Origin: Candidatus Harrisonbacteria bacterium RIFCSPHIGHO2_02_FULL_42_16
GTDB lineage: Bacteria > Patescibacteriota > Minisyncoccia > UBA6257 > 02-FULL-45-10c
Direction: 5' to 3'
Assembly: GCA_001818695.1 (NCBI GenBank)
Contig: MHJG01000009.1
Coordinates: 309 to 64,308 of the forward strand
Length of the DNA stretch: 64,000 nt
This document shows positions 1-10,104 of this stretch, one piece after another. Position 1 is the first letter of the stretch; every line of letters begins with the position of its first letter. The position numbers were made by a program, and so were the translations under genes. Under the pieces are notes generated by a model. The model ran no database searches, was not told the origin of the DNA, and was given only the letters and a program-made list of their open reading frames with translations.

Positions 1-357
1 TACCGCGCTGGCGGCCAACAGCAAGGACTTTCCGGCGCAAGAGAAGCGCATCCGTTCTGCCAAGGAGTAATTTCCGGCAAAATTACCATTAATACTGATA
101 TAAAATTTACGGGTCCGGCGACAGATGTAATCAGAGCGCAAATTCCTTCTGGTTCTGTTTCCGGATCTGTCTGCACCAGCTGTAAAAATAACGCCAGCCA
201 AAAAGAAGTCCGCGGCGAATGCTCTTGCAACGAAGGTTACTTTGGATTCATTGATTCTATCCAAAGCGGAAGCAGTAAATGCCTAACCCAAGACGAGTGC
301 AAAAACAAAGGATATGTAATCGGTGCCGACGGCAAAAAATGCATACCGAAACCATAA
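1..357 (+). CDS. 3' partial CDS: cysteine-rich secreted protein C-terminus (EGF-like Cys spacing)
   Basis: Frame 1 is open from base 1 to TAA at 355-357. Repeated C-x-x-C / C-x-C spacing is present (..CTSCKNN..CSCNEGYFG..KCLTQDECKNKGY..KCIPKP*). The track ORF 279..572 is in a different frame. Confidence 0.35.
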   Translation, partial: YRAGGQQQGLSGAREAHPFCQGVISGKITINTDIKFTGPATDVIRAQIPSGSVSGSVCTSCKNNASQKEVRGECSCNEGYFGFIDSIQSGSSKCLTQDECKNKGYVIGADGKKCIPKP

Positions 358-363
358 TAAATT

Positions 364-1452
364 ATGAACTGGAAAGCTTATATAAAAATATTTTTAATAA
401 TAGCCATTCTCGCAGTAATCGCATTGGCGGCCTATTGGTTTTTCTCCCAGCCGAATACTCTGCAAAGCATAAATTCAGCTTTATTCGGCCAGAAAGAAAC
501 GCCAACCGGCAACGGAAAATCTTCCGTGGAAACCGGCGGGTTGAACCAGCTGACCGCCGAACCGATTTTTGATTATTGGATTAACGATAAGGATAATTCC
601 GTTTATTATTTGAACGAAGCCGGAAGCGTTTATAAAATTTCCGGAACAGAAAACAAATTAATTAATTCCCAAACCCTCGGCGGACTTAATAAAATCCAAC
701 GTTCGCGCGACGGCAATAAAATTTCCGCGAAGTTCAATTATCCGAATTTTCCGATTTTCAGCATTTTTGACGCTTCCTCCGCCAGCTGGCAGCCGATTCC
801 CGGAAATATATTGTCGCTTGCCTGGTCGCCGGTCTCCGATGAAATTATGTATCTGGACCATAACTCACTCAATATTTTAAATTTGACCACCCAAAAACCC
901 AAAAAATTGCTTGATATGACGCAAAAGGACTTAGAACTTAACTGGCTTTCCGACACCAAAGCGCTGTTTTCCACTACTCCGACTATATATATGCCGACTT
1001 CTGTTTGGACGCTGGACACCAATACAAAAACTATTACGGCTGTTGTCCAAAATGAATACGGCCTGACAGTAAATTGGCTCAAAAACGGTTCTGTTGGTAT
1101 TAAACTTAATAATATCCAAAGAAATCCGGTTCTTAGCGCCATAGACAAAGACGGCAACGCGCTGGCGACTTTTACCTTTGTAACCCTGCCGTCAAAATGC
1201 GCCGGCGAACTGGAAAAAATTTATTGCGCCATTCCCAAAAATATCCCCGAGGGCGCAAAACTGCCGGATGATTACTATAAAAAGGCGGTTTATTTTGACG
1301 ATGCTATCTACGCCATTGATATCAAGGCGGACACCGCCGAGCTGCTCTTTGACGAAAAATCCATTGACGCGGAACACCTGGAATTATTTAATAATACGCT
1401 CTTATTCAAAAATCGTTTGGACGAAAAATTATACAGCTTAAAAATAAAATAG
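364..1452 (+). CDS. hypothetical membrane-anchored protein (N-terminal TM helix, possibly beta-propeller-like periplasmic part)
   Basis: 362-aa ORF with one N-terminal hydrophobic helix (IFLIIAILAVIALAAYWFF). No recognisable catalytic motif. Confidence 0.55.
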   Translation: MNWKAYIKIFLIIAILAVIALAAYWFFSQPNTLQSINSALFGQKETPTGNGKSSVETGGLNQLTAEPIFDYWINDKDNSVYYLNEAGSVYKISGTENKLINSQTLGGLNKIQRSRDGNKISAKFNYPNFPIFSIFDASSASWQPIPGNILSLAWSPVSDEIMYLDHNSLNILNLTTQKPKKLLDMTQKDLELNWLSDTKALFSTTPTIYMPTSVWTLDTNTKTITAVVQNEYGLTVNWLKNGSVGIKLNNIQRNPVLSAIDKDGNALATFTFVTLPSKCAGELEKIYCAIPKNIPEGAKLPDDYYKKAVYFDDAIYAIDIKADTAELLFDEKSIDAEHLELFNNTLLFKNRLDEKLYSLKIK

Positions 1453-1474
1453 AATAGAATAGGATTTTCTTGCG

Positions 1475-1900
1475 TTAAAGCGGTTTTATTACTATGCGGC
1501 GGGCGGGTCCTTCGCCGATGCTTTCGGTCTTTAAGTCCGGCCTAGTAGCAAGCTCAATATGAACCAAACGCCTTTCATAAGCGTTCATCGCCGGCAATTC
1601 TATTGCTTCTTTTTGAAGCAAGGCCTTCCGCGCAGTTGCCTTGGCCAACTCGGTAATCAATCTTTCTCTTTCCTTTTTGTAATTATTTACGTCAACGCTT
1701 ATTTTTTCCAACTGCAATTTTTTTGCCATAATATTCACGATATGGTCCAAATCAAAAACCAATTTCGGCAATGATTCTTTTTCCGCGCTTTCATCGTGGA
1801 TAAAAATCCTAACCCGACGGGAATCAGAATCCAAATCAACCGAAAAATCAAATCCGCCGGCAGTAAGCAGTTCTTCAATTTTTTGTTTCAATAATTCCAT
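1475..1900 (-). CDS. jag: Jag/KhpB-type RNA-binding protein (KH + R3H domain)
   Basis: C-terminal R3H signature (YERRLVHIELA...GEGPARRIVIKP). Sits in the conserved position downstream of yidC. Confidence 0.7.
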   Translation of the reverse strand: MELLKQKIEELLTAGGFDFSVDLDSDSRRVRIFIHDESAEKESLPKLVFDLDHIVNIMAKKLQLEKISVDVNNYKKERERLITELAKATARKALLQKEAIELPAMNAYERRLVHIELATRPDLKTESIGEGPARRIVIKPL

Positions 1901-2606
1901 GTTCTTGTTTCTCTTTCTCTAAATTAAGCGTCTTATTTATATAAATCTGCTGGACTATGGAAAAGACCCCGGTTACCAGCCAATAAAGCCCGATAGCGGT
2001 AGGTAAACTGCTTAAAATAACAACGGTTAATATCGGGCCGAAATACACCATTTGCCTGCCAATTCTTTCCGGAGGCGATAATTCCTGCCCTTTCTTAATT
2101 TCCGGAAGCGTCAGCCGGCCCTGCCAATATTGCGCAATCGCCGCTAAACCAACCATAAGGATACTTCGTTTTTCCAAATCAATCAAGCCCAAAAACATAG
2201 GATTCAAGTGGGCAGGACTAACAATAAAACTATATAAATGAACAAAAATATCGGGAGAGAGTCCCTGTAAAAATACCTGATATAAAGCGATTAAAACCGG
2301 CAATTGAATAATAATCATCAAAAAACCGGAAAAAGGGTTTACTTCGTGCTTTTTATATAAATCCATCATCGCCGCAGCTTGTTTTTCCTTATTATCCTTA
2401 TGAGCATGCTGGATTTTTTTAATTTCCGGCTGAAGACGCTGTAAAATAATCTGATTCTTGGCGCTTTTATAAAAAAGCGGGGCAAAAATAAGCCGGATAA
2501 AAACAGTAAGCAGAATAATCGCTATTCCCAAGTCCTGAAAAGCGACGGTGTTGTATAAAAATACCAGCGCATTAATCAACGGATTATATAAAATTGTTTG
2601 AAACAT
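1875..2606 (-). CDS. yidC: membrane protein insertase YidC (short form)
   Basis: 243-aa multi-TM protein with YidC/Oxa1-like core, placed in the rpmH-rnpA-yidC-jag operon. Confidence 0.85.
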   Translation of the reverse strand: MFQTILYNPLINALVFLYNTVAFQDLGIAIILLTVFIRLIFAPLFYKSAKNQIILQRLQPEIKKIQHAHKDNKEKQAAAMMDLYKKHEVNPFSGFLMIIIQLPVLIALYQVFLQGLSPDIFVHLYSFIVSPAHLNPMFLGLIDLEKRSILMVGLAAIAQYWQGRLTLPEIKKGQELSPPERIGRQMVYFGPILTVVILSSLPTAIGLYWLVTGVFSIVQQIYINKTLNLEKEKQEHGIIETKN

Positions 2607-2629
2607 ATTTTGCGAATTTATTATTTGCG

Positions 2630-2980
2630 TTATCCGTTAGGCAGTATCTTACTTATGTATTCTTTTAATTTTTCTCCAACCTCTTCTTTTTTTAATTCTT
2701 TTATTGCCGGCGAAATAATTATCAAATAATCTTTGCCGCCTATTTTTTTACTATACGGCCTAACCAGAGAAAAAACCAGTCGGCGCAATTTATTCCGCCG
2801 TACCGCCAGACGCGCGATTTTCTTGCTGACAATTACGCCAAAGCGGCTGTAAGGAAGGGAATTTCTAAAGATTTTTATTAGAAAATACGGCGTTTTTACC
2901 GCCGTACTTTTTTCCTTCAACATTTTTTGTATCGGTAAACGGTATTTTTTTGACAGCATAAACCGCGCAACGCCGAACAA
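2630..2980 (-). CDS. rnpA: ribonuclease P protein component
   Basis: Small basic protein (KKYRLP..., RRNKLRRLVF...) immediately downstream of rpmH. The true start may be the internal Met (MLSKKYRL). Confidence 0.75.
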   Translation of the reverse strand: MFGVARFMLSKKYRLPIQKMLKEKSTAVKTPYFLIKIFRNSLPYSRFGVIVSKKIARLAVRRNKLRRLVFSLVRPYSKKIGGKDYLIIISPAIKELKKEEVGEKLKEYISKILPNG

Positions 2981-2988
2981 ATTAAATT

Positions 2989-3123
2989 TTAAACCGTCAA
3001 CCGCCGCCTTCCTTTTCTGCGCCTTCTGGACAAAACTCTGCGGCCCCCAAAAGTGCGGGCTCTCTTTAAAAATCCATGGACGCGCGCCCGTTTTTTCTTT
3101 CTTGGCTGGTAAGTTTGAGACAT
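2989..3123 (-). CDS. rpmH: 50S ribosomal protein L34
   Basis: Hand translation of the minus strand gives [44 protein letters not shown] (44 aa), a classic L34. It is not in the ORF track because it is under 60 aa. Confidence 0.85.
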   Translation of the reverse strand: MSQTYQPRKKKRARVHGFLKRARTFGGRRVLSRRRRKGRRRLTV

Positions 3124-3469
3124 AAATAATTATTAATTATAAAATGGTTATATTCCTTATTTACAGTATACGCTTATTCCTTAAAATTTTGCAAATTATT
3201 GAGCATCTCGCTGAAATTACTCGTGATTTCCCAATGTTTTTATGTTTTTGGCAATAAAACATGAACAAAAAGTGGGGTGTCGTTGCATAATTGTAAAAAG
3301 CGCGCTTTTTTCTTTTAAAAAATGTTTTCAACAGAAAATTAACAGCTTGTTCCATTTTTGCCATTTGACTATTAGGACGCTATAAAAGTAAAATTAAAAT
3401 ACTTGCGTAAATTTTTATCGGCTGCTTAAATACTTAAATTTTCTAAACCAATAACATCGTTGAAAAAAT

Positions 3470-4834
3470 ATGGAACACAATAAACTTTGGCAAACCGCTC
3501 TCGGAGAAATAGAGCTTCAAATTTCCAGGCCCAATTTTGTGACTTGGCTTAAAAACAGCCAGCTTATTGACAAACAAGACGGGGTCGCGTTAGTCAGCTT
3601 GCCGAATAATTTTTCTAAAGAATGGGTAGAAAATAAATATCAAAAAATAATCCTTGCCGCCATAAGAAATCTGGACGAAACAACAAAAACAATTAAATTT
3701 ACAGTCCATGGAAATTCTTCAAACGCAGGCTCTCTGAAAAATAAAAATTTGCCCGCTTCCGAAAAATATAAAGAGCAATCGTCTTTTGACGAATTAATAA
3801 TCAATCCGGACACCAATCTGAATCCGCGTTATAAATTAAGTTCTTTTGTGGTGGGAAAATCCAACGAATTGGCTTTCGCTGTCGCTACGGCAATAGTGGA
3901 AAATGTGGGTAAAAAATATAATCCTCTTTATGTTTACGGCGGCGTAGGCCTTGGAAAAACTCATTTAATCCAAGCGATAGGAAATGAAGTGTTGAAAAAA
4001 TACGACAACAAAGTCCGGGTTAAATATGTAACTTCTGAAAAATTTACCAATGATGTTATTTACGGCCTCAAAAATAGAAGGATGGAAGATATGAAAGATA
4101 AGTATAGAAGCGTGGACGTGCTGATTATTGACGATATCCAATTTATAGGCGGAAAAGCGGCAACCGAAGAAGAATTTTTCCATACTTTTAACGCGCTTTA
4201 CGATAATAATAAACAAATTATAATCTCTTCCGACCGGCCCCCGAAATTTCTTCCGGACTTAGACGAACGCCTCAAATCAAGATTTGAAGGCGGCATGAAG
4301 GCGGACATTGTTTTGCCGGATTACGAACTCCGAACCGCGATATTAAAAACTAAGCTATCGGAAAAAAATGAAGATTTACCGGAAAATATAATTGAATTAA
4401 TCGCCAATAAAATACAAAGAAACCTTCGGGAATTAGAGGGGGTTTTAAACCGGGTTATTTTCTATAAAAAAACGAAGTCGGCCGTTTCTTTAAAAATCGT
4501 TGAAGATATCATAAGCGATACCGTTAAACAACCGACTAAAAATATTAATCCGAACCAGATTATTAAAGCAGTTGCCGATTATTTTGATGTTTCTTCTGAA
4601 GAGTTAGCTGGCCGTTGCCGAAAAAAGAATATCGTTGAACCAAGACAAATAGCAATCTATCTTTTAAGGGATGTTTTGAATTTATCTTATCCTTATATTG
4701 GTGAACGGCTTGGAAAAAGAGACCATACTACCGCCATTTACGCCTATAAAAAACTTTCCGAAGAAATAAACAGAAATACCGATTTAAACCAAAAAATTAT
4801 GGCTATTAAAGATTTAGTTTATAAAGAAATATAA
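3470..4834 (+). CDS. dnaA: chromosomal replication initiator DnaA
   Basis: Walker A GVGLGKTHL, AAA+ box DDIQFIGGK, and a C-terminal DnaA-box-binding domain. Confidence 0.95.
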   Translation: MEHNKLWQTALGEIELQISRPNFVTWLKNSQLIDKQDGVALVSLPNNFSKEWVENKYQKIILAAIRNLDETTKTIKFTVHGNSSNAGSLKNKNLPASEKYKEQSSFDELIINPDTNLNPRYKLSSFVVGKSNELAFAVATAIVENVGKKYNPLYVYGGVGLGKTHLIQAIGNEVLKKYDNKVRVKYVTSEKFTNDVIYGLKNRRMEDMKDKYRSVDVLIIDDIQFIGGKAATEEEFFHTFNALYDNNKQIIISSDRPPKFLPDLDERLKSRFEGGMKADIVLPDYELRTAILKTKLSEKNEDLPENIIELIANKIQRNLRELEGVLNRVIFYKKTKSAVSLKIVEDIISDTVKQPTKNINPNQIIKAVADYFDVSSEELAGRCRKKNIVEPRQIAIYLLRDVLNLSYPYIGERLGKRDHTTAIYAYKKLSEEINRNTDLNQKIMAIKDLVYKEI

Positions 4835-5074
4835 AACTGTTAAATAATGTATTAAATAACTGTTGAAAACCAATATAAAATAATGTCAGTGATATCCGCT
4901 ATAAAATTAACTTAAATCTAAGCTCAATTTAAAAAAACAGGTTATGCACAAAAAACTGTCCGAATTTCCCCTGAATATAAATTAATTTTTGAAGGATTTT
5001 CATATTAAAACCGGGTTTTCCACAGAAATAACCGTTTACTACTACAACTACTTTTTATATAAACTAATAAATTT

Positions 5075-6181
5075 ATGAAAGTAATAATTTTAAAAGATAA
5101 TTTTCGCGATGGCTTAAACGCTGTGGAAAAAACAACAGCCGAAAACGTAAACTTGCCGATTTTAAAAAATGTTTTAATAAAAACATTTAATAATAGAATT
5201 CAAATATCAGCCACCAATTTAGAGTTAGCCGTTACAAAATTTATTTCCGGAAAAATAATTGAAGACGGAAGCATTACTGTCCCGTTATCGGCGCTACTTT
5301 CAATAATAAATAATTTAAACGCGGAAAGGGTAAATTTGGAGGTAAAAAATAATATCTTAACTTTAAAAACTGACAACTACGAAGCGATTATTCAAGGATT
5401 GCCGGAAGAAGAATTTCCAATTATTCCTAAAATAGAAAATACGGAAAATTATTTACGGCTGGATAATGAAATTCTTAAGGAAGGCCTTTTAAAAGTTATT
5501 AATGCCGTTCAGATTTCGGAATTAAGGCCGGAGCTTAGCGGTATCCTTCTGGATTTTCAAATAACCAATTTTAAATTAGCCGGAACGGATAGTTTCCGAT
5601 TAGCAGAAAAAACAATCAATGAAAATAATTTTAAATGCAATTTTTCTAAAGGATTTAAAATAATTATTCCTTTAAAAACAATCCAGGAATTTCTAAGAAT
5701 ACCAATTAGCGGAGAGATTACAATTTTAACCGACTTAAACCAGATATTATTTAAAAATGACGATTTGGAAATTATTTCCAGATTGATAAGCGGGAATTAT
5801 CCGGATTACGAACAAGTAATTCCCAAAACTTTGGAAAGCGAAGTAATTTTTGAAAGAGAGCAATTGCTAAGCGCGGTAAAATTAGTCAGCACTTTTAGCG
5901 GAAAAATAAACGATATAAAAATTAACGCGAAAGAAGGAAAAAAGTCGCTTGAAATTTATTCGGCAAACCAGTATTTGGGAGAAAATAAATATTTAGTGCC
6001 GGTGAAAATGAAAGGCGAAATTTTTAATCTATCGTTTAATTGGCGTTATTTTGTGGATGGATTAAAAAACTTTAACAACAGTGAGATTTTTCTTGGGGTT
6101 AGTGAAGGCAATCATCGGAGCATAATTAAAGACCCGAAAGACGCTTCGTATTTTTATATTTTAATGCCAATAAACCCTTAG
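5075..6181 (+). CDS. dnaN: DNA polymerase III beta sliding clamp
   Basis: 368-aa protein with three-domain clamp architecture, directly after dnaA. Confidence 0.9.
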   Translation: MKVIILKDNFRDGLNAVEKTTAENVNLPILKNVLIKTFNNRIQISATNLELAVTKFISGKIIEDGSITVPLSALLSIINNLNAERVNLEVKNNILTLKTDNYEAIIQGLPEEEFPIIPKIENTENYLRLDNEILKEGLLKVINAVQISELRPELSGILLDFQITNFKLAGTDSFRLAEKTINENNFKCNFSKGFKIIIPLKTIQEFLRIPISGEITILTDLNQILFKNDDLEIISRLISGNYPDYEQVIPKTLESEVIFEREQLLSAVKLVSTFSGKINDIKINAKEGKKSLEIYSANQYLGENKYLVPVKMKGEIFNLSFNWRYFVDGLKNFNNSEIFLGVSEGNHRSIIKDPKDASYFYILMPINP

Positions 6182-6193
6182 GCAGGAATCGCA

Positions 6194-8692
6194 TTATCTA
6201 AATAAAATAATTTCTTTTCTGTATTCTTTATCGGATATATCTGTTATTTTTAAAACCAAAGAGTTTTGTAATTCCGTATTTTTTGGCGAAATATCAAATT
6301 GATAAGAAACAACTTTCCCAAAATTTCCCAGTCGCTGGTCAACTAACTCATTATTAAAATAAAGTTGAATAGCCGCCACTTCGGTATTATTGACAATTTG
6401 CGCCCGAACAAGGACTTTTCCGCTATTAATAAATTCGCCGCTTTTGGGAGACAATAAATTTATGGTTATTTGTTCAGGGCCGGAATCGCTGATTTTTGCG
6501 CCTATCGGCAGGGGTTGGTTATAGTTTATAGAGAAATTTTCTATGGTTTGTTTTCCCCATTTTAGTATCGGAATCTCCCAATTTTTAAATTGAGAATCAT
6601 TTTCCGGTTTTTTTGGTTCAGGTCCTTGAGGATTATTTTTATCCAAATAATAAAGTATGGTATGGAGTTGGAGATATTCTTTTCCGCCGAAGTTATAATT
6701 TACCGCGTATTTTCCGTTTAAAACCGGCTTTTCATTTATGATGGGGTCGGGTTTATTAAATGAAATAAATTTATATTCTTTTAAGGCCTCTCTCATAAAA
6801 GAGCTCCAGATGGGGATAGCGGCTAAAATACTGGAACCGCTCCTTTCCATTTGGGTATTATCATTATTTCCCGCCCATACTCCTGCCACAAGCTGAGAGG
6901 TGTAGCCAATAGTCCAAGCATCGCGGTAATCATTGGTAGTTCCGGTTTTAAGAGCTACCTGATGGCCTGGAAAAATAGTTAAAGGCAAGCTAGAAATAAA
7001 AAGACCGGAACGCGCTTCGGTATCCGAAAGAATATCGTTAATCAGCCGGGCGTATTGTGAATCTAATGCTTGAGCCGGAGAGTCCTTGTATTCTTCAATT
7101 AAATTTCCGTCAGAATCCGTTATTTTAAGAATCATCGTTTGCCGGTGTTTTGTTCCGTCTTGGGCAAATACCGAATAAGCGCCCACTAATTCTTTTAAGG
7201 TTATTTCTCCTCCGCCCAAAACCAGCGACAGCCCATAACGTCCCCGTTCAGTTAAAGAATTAATCCCGAAATTTTTCGCTAATGCCAGCACTTTATCAAT
7301 GCCGGCTAAATAAAGCGTTTTTACGGAAGGTATGTTGATTGACTGGGCAAGCGCCGTACGAAGGGTAACTGGTCCGCGGAATTTGTTGTCAAAATTTTGC
7401 GGATGGAAACACTCTTTTTTTTCGTTGGAAAAATCAACTTCCAGCGGACAGTTCGGATTATCGGCCGAAAATTCGGTCGGAAGGTCAAATAACACGGTGT
7501 CCGGAGTAAATCCTTTTTCAAAAGCGGCGGCGTAAGCGAATGGTTTCATTGCCGAACCCGGCTGGCGCAGGCCCTGGGTAGCGACATTAAAATTGCCCTC
7601 AAACAAGCAGTTTTTTCCAGGCAGGCAATTTTCCGGTTCCGGCTCGCCGAAGTAATTTTTTGACCCAACCATAGCCAATATCTGGCCGGTAACAGCGTCT
7701 TGAGCCACCAAGGCCGCATTATGCCCTTTATAAAGGTCGGTATTTCTTTTAGCGCCTTCGGATACGGCTTTTTCAGCGATTTGCTGTAATTTCCAGTCAA
7801 GGGTGGTGATAACGCGCAATCCGGCGCTTTCCGTGTATTGCTCTCCGTATTTATTGTTCAGGTATTCCTGCGTTTCTAATACAAAATGGGTAGCTTTAAT
7901 TCCGGTAACCTGTTGTTCGAATGTCAGCTCAACTTTTTTAGCCCTGCCTTTTTCTTCGTCATCTATGTAGCCAAGCTGATTCATTTTTTCTAAAACATTG
8001 TCTTTTCTTTTAAATAATTCATCTAAATGTCTTCCCCAGGGAGAATAGTAAGTTGGCGCTTTTGTTAAACTGGCTAAAAGCGCCGATTCTGCCAAAGAAA
8101 GATTTTTGGCGGGCTTGTTAAAAAATGTTTGAGAAGCCGCTTCAATACCGTAAGCATTTCCTCCATAAGGTATTTGGTTTAGATAAAGATTTAAAATTTC
8201 GTCTTTGGAATAGCGTTTTTCCAATTCAAAAGCGATTACCAGCTCTTTGATTTTTCTGATTATAGTTTTTTCCGGAGACAAAAAAGCGTTTTTAGCAAGC
8301 TGTTGGGTAATGGTTGACCCGCCCTGCACCACCTTTCCTTTTATTAAGTCGGTTATTAAAGCGCGCAAAATAGCCCGCCAGTCAAATGCGGGATTGTTAT
8401 AAAAATTATCGTCTTCAATGGCAATAGTCGCCCATTTCACGTAATCGGGTATTTCTTCAAAAGGAATTACCGTCCTTTTTTCTTCGCCGTGGATTTCATA
8501 AAGAAGGGTTTCTCCGGTTCGGTCGTAAATTTTCGTGGACTGGGCAATCTGGCGATTTTCAAATTGTTCCGGATCCGGCAAGTTTTTTAAAATAACCGCA
8601 AAAATTACCAGCCCGGAAGTAAGCAAAAAAACCGTTATTAACAATAACGTCAGGGACAAGGAAATTGGTTTATTGCCGCGCGTTTTCGCCAT
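6194..8692 (-). CDS. class A penicillin-binding protein (glycosyltransferase + transpeptidase)
   Basis: N-terminal TM, GT51 motifs (EDxxFYxHxG-like: IAIEDDNFYNNPAFD), a transpeptidase region with SxxK (SAMKPF), and a C-terminal extension. Confidence 0.85.
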   Translation of the reverse strand: MAKTRGNKPISLSLTLLLITVFLLTSGLVIFAVILKNLPDPEQFENRQIAQSTKIYDRTGETLLYEIHGEEKRTVIPFEEIPDYVKWATIAIEDDNFYNNPAFDWRAILRALITDLIKGKVVQGGSTITQQLAKNAFLSPEKTIIRKIKELVIAFELEKRYSKDEILNLYLNQIPYGGNAYGIEAASQTFFNKPAKNLSLAESALLASLTKAPTYYSPWGRHLDELFKRKDNVLEKMNQLGYIDDEEKGRAKKVELTFEQQVTGIKATHFVLETQEYLNNKYGEQYTESAGLRVITTLDWKLQQIAEKAVSEGAKRNTDLYKGHNAALVAQDAVTGQILAMVGSKNYFGEPEPENCLPGKNCLFEGNFNVATQGLRQPGSAMKPFAYAAAFEKGFTPDTVLFDLPTEFSADNPNCPLEVDFSNEKKECFHPQNFDNKFRGPVTLRTALAQSINIPSVKTLYLAGIDKVLALAKNFGINSLTERGRYGLSLVLGGGEITLKELVGAYSVFAQDGTKHRQTMILKITDSDGNLIEEYKDSPAQALDSQYARLINDILSDTEARSGLFISSLPLTIFPGHQVALKTGTTNDYRDAWTIGYTSQLVAGVWAGNNDNTQMERSGSSILAAIPIWSSFMREALKEYKFISFNKPDPIINEKPVLNGKYAVNYNFGGKEYLQLHTILYYLDKNNPQGPEPKKPENDSQFKNWEIPILKWGKQTIENFSINYNQPLPIGAKISDSGPEQITINLLSPKSGEFINSGKVLVRAQIVNNTEVAAIQLYFNNELVDQRLGNFGKVVSYQFDISPKNTELQNSLVLKITDISDKEYRKEIILFR

Positions 8693-8799
8693 ATTTAAGA
8701 ATTACTTTATTATACTTTATTTTTTTCTGGAACATAAACAGCGCGGCCTTTGGCCGCGCTGTTTAATAAAACTGTTTTATATTGAATAAATAATATAAT

Positions 8800-8934
8800 T
8801 TATTCGGTTTCTTCCAGGTCTAAATCAGTATTCGAACCATCTTCTGTTTCGGTAGAATCCGGGGATTCAGCATCTCCTTCATCCCAACCGTCTTCTTTTT
8901 TTAATACCGGAGAAAAATCAGTTTCTAATAACAT
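8800..8934 (-). CDS. possible small acidic protein (44 aa)
   Basis: Minus-strand ORF MLLETDFSPVLKKEDGWDEGDAESPDSTETEDGSNTDLDLEETE between PBP and ruvC. No homology is recognisable. Confidence 0.2.
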   Translation of the reverse strand: MLLETDFSPVLKKEDGWDEGDAESPDSTETEDGSNTDLDLEETE

Positions 8935-9005
8935 TGCATTATAAAAAATATATTGCGACCTTTATTTACAGGATGTCTTATAGCAATTATTAAGTGAAAT
9001 ATATA

Positions 9006-9494
9006 TTAACGGAATAATTTGTCAACCCCCGTATCCGGCCTTTTTATGGCGGCGGTTATCGCTGTTGCTAAGGCATCTGACGCATCGTCGTAGCCGGTGA
9101 TATTATTCAAATTAAGGATTTTTGCGACCATTTTGGAAACTGCTTTTTTGTCGGCAAAACCGTAACCGGTAACGGCCAACTTTATTTCGTTCGGACCCAG
9201 TTCTTTTATGGGAATGCCGCGTTTGGCGATTTCCAGCATCAGCGCTCCCCGGGTTTGGGCAACTGCGATGCCGGTTTTAATGTTTTTGGAAAAATAAATT
9301 TTTTCAATGCCCGCCAAGCCAGGTTTGTATTTATTTAATAGTTTAGAAACTTTTTTTGAAATTTCCAGAATTGATTTGGCGGGCTCCCCTTTTGTTTCCA
9401 GAACTCCGTAATCCAAAAGTTTAAAATTTTTTCCGGATAAAATAAGGCCGTAACCGACTCGCTTACTGCCCGGGTCAATTCCAAGTATTACCAT
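9006..9494 (-). CDS. ruvC: Holliday junction resolvase RuvC
   Basis: MVILGIDPGSKRVGYG... catalytic acidic residues of RuvC. Confidence 0.9.
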   Translation of the reverse strand: MVILGIDPGSKRVGYGLILSGKNFKLLDYGVLETKGEPAKSILEISKKVSKLLNKYKPGLAGIEKIYFSKNIKTGIAVAQTRGALMLEIAKRGIPIKELGPNEIKLAVTGYGFADKKAVSKMVAKILNLNNITGYDDASDALATAITAAIKRPDTGVDKLFR

Positions 9495-9504
9495 AACTAA
9501 TTAT

Positions 9505-10029
9505 TTAGCCAATATTAGCTGTAATATTTTGTACATCGTCGTGCTCTTCCAGCGCCGCGATTAAATCCGACAATTTTTTCTTATTTTTATCGGAAATTTG
9601 TTGCGGGAATTTTGGCTTCCACTCCCCGTCTTTTTTTTCGAAGGCCCAGAGAACGGTTCCGGGATTCGCTATCTTAGCGCCGTTTTCAGACAAAATATGT
9701 TTTATTTCTGAAATAGTGCGGTTGCGATTGTCGGTAATCGCTTCAATTATCAAGGCTGCGCCTTCCGGGCCGTAGGCCTCAACGGTTAGGTCTTCCAGAT
9801 TTTTTTCTTCCGATGCTTTGCTGATTGCTCTTTCAATATTTTCCTGCGGCACATTGTTTTCCTTGGCTTTTTCCATAGCGGAACGGAGCCGGGGATTGAA
9901 ATCCGGATTGGATTCGGTTTTCGCCGCCGCCGAAATTGCTTTAAGCAGTTTGGAAAAAAGTTGGCCGCGTTTTTTGTCAGCCACGCCTTTTTGGTTTTTG
10001 ATTTGAGACCATTTATTATGTCCAGACAT
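9505..10029 (-). CDS. yebC: YebC/PmpR family protein (shortened, 174 aa)
   Basis: HNKWSQIK.. N-terminus and ..HDDVQNITANIG C-terminus typical of YebC. The middle region is shorter than canonical (about 240 aa). Confidence 0.8.
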   Translation of the reverse strand: MSGHNKWSQIKNQKGVADKKRGQLFSKLLKAISAAAKTESNPDFNPRLRSAMEKAKENNVPQENIERAISKASEEKNLEDLTVEAYGPEGAALIIEAITDNRNRTISEIKHILSENGAKIANPGTVLWAFEKKDGEWKPKFPQQISDKNKKKLSDLIAALEEHDDVQNITANIG

Positions 10030-10057
10030 ACTATTATTATATATTATATAAAATAAA

Positions 10058-10092
10058 AAACCCCCGCCATTAACTAATTGGCGGGGGCGGGT
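10058..10092 (-). terminator. intrinsic terminator (GC hairpin CCCCCGCC..GGCGGGGG + U-run) after lipoprotein gene
   Basis: aaaaaacccccgccattaactaattggcgggggcgggtt. On the minus strand the hairpin is followed by a T-run. Confidence 0.5.
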
Positions 10093-10104
10093 TATTGGGA
10101 AAGG

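Noticed and set aside
279-572. 97-aa plus-strand track ORF overlapping the window-start gene and the start of 364-1452
   Set aside because: Frame 1 is open from base 1 and encodes a coherent Cys-rich C-terminus ending at 357. The 279-572 frame is Arg-rich junk overlapping two better genes.
3161-3364. 67-aa minus-strand ORF in the rpmH-dnaA spacer
   Set aside because: It lies in the AT-rich origin/promoter spacer and has no SD or homology. It is most likely a chance ORF.
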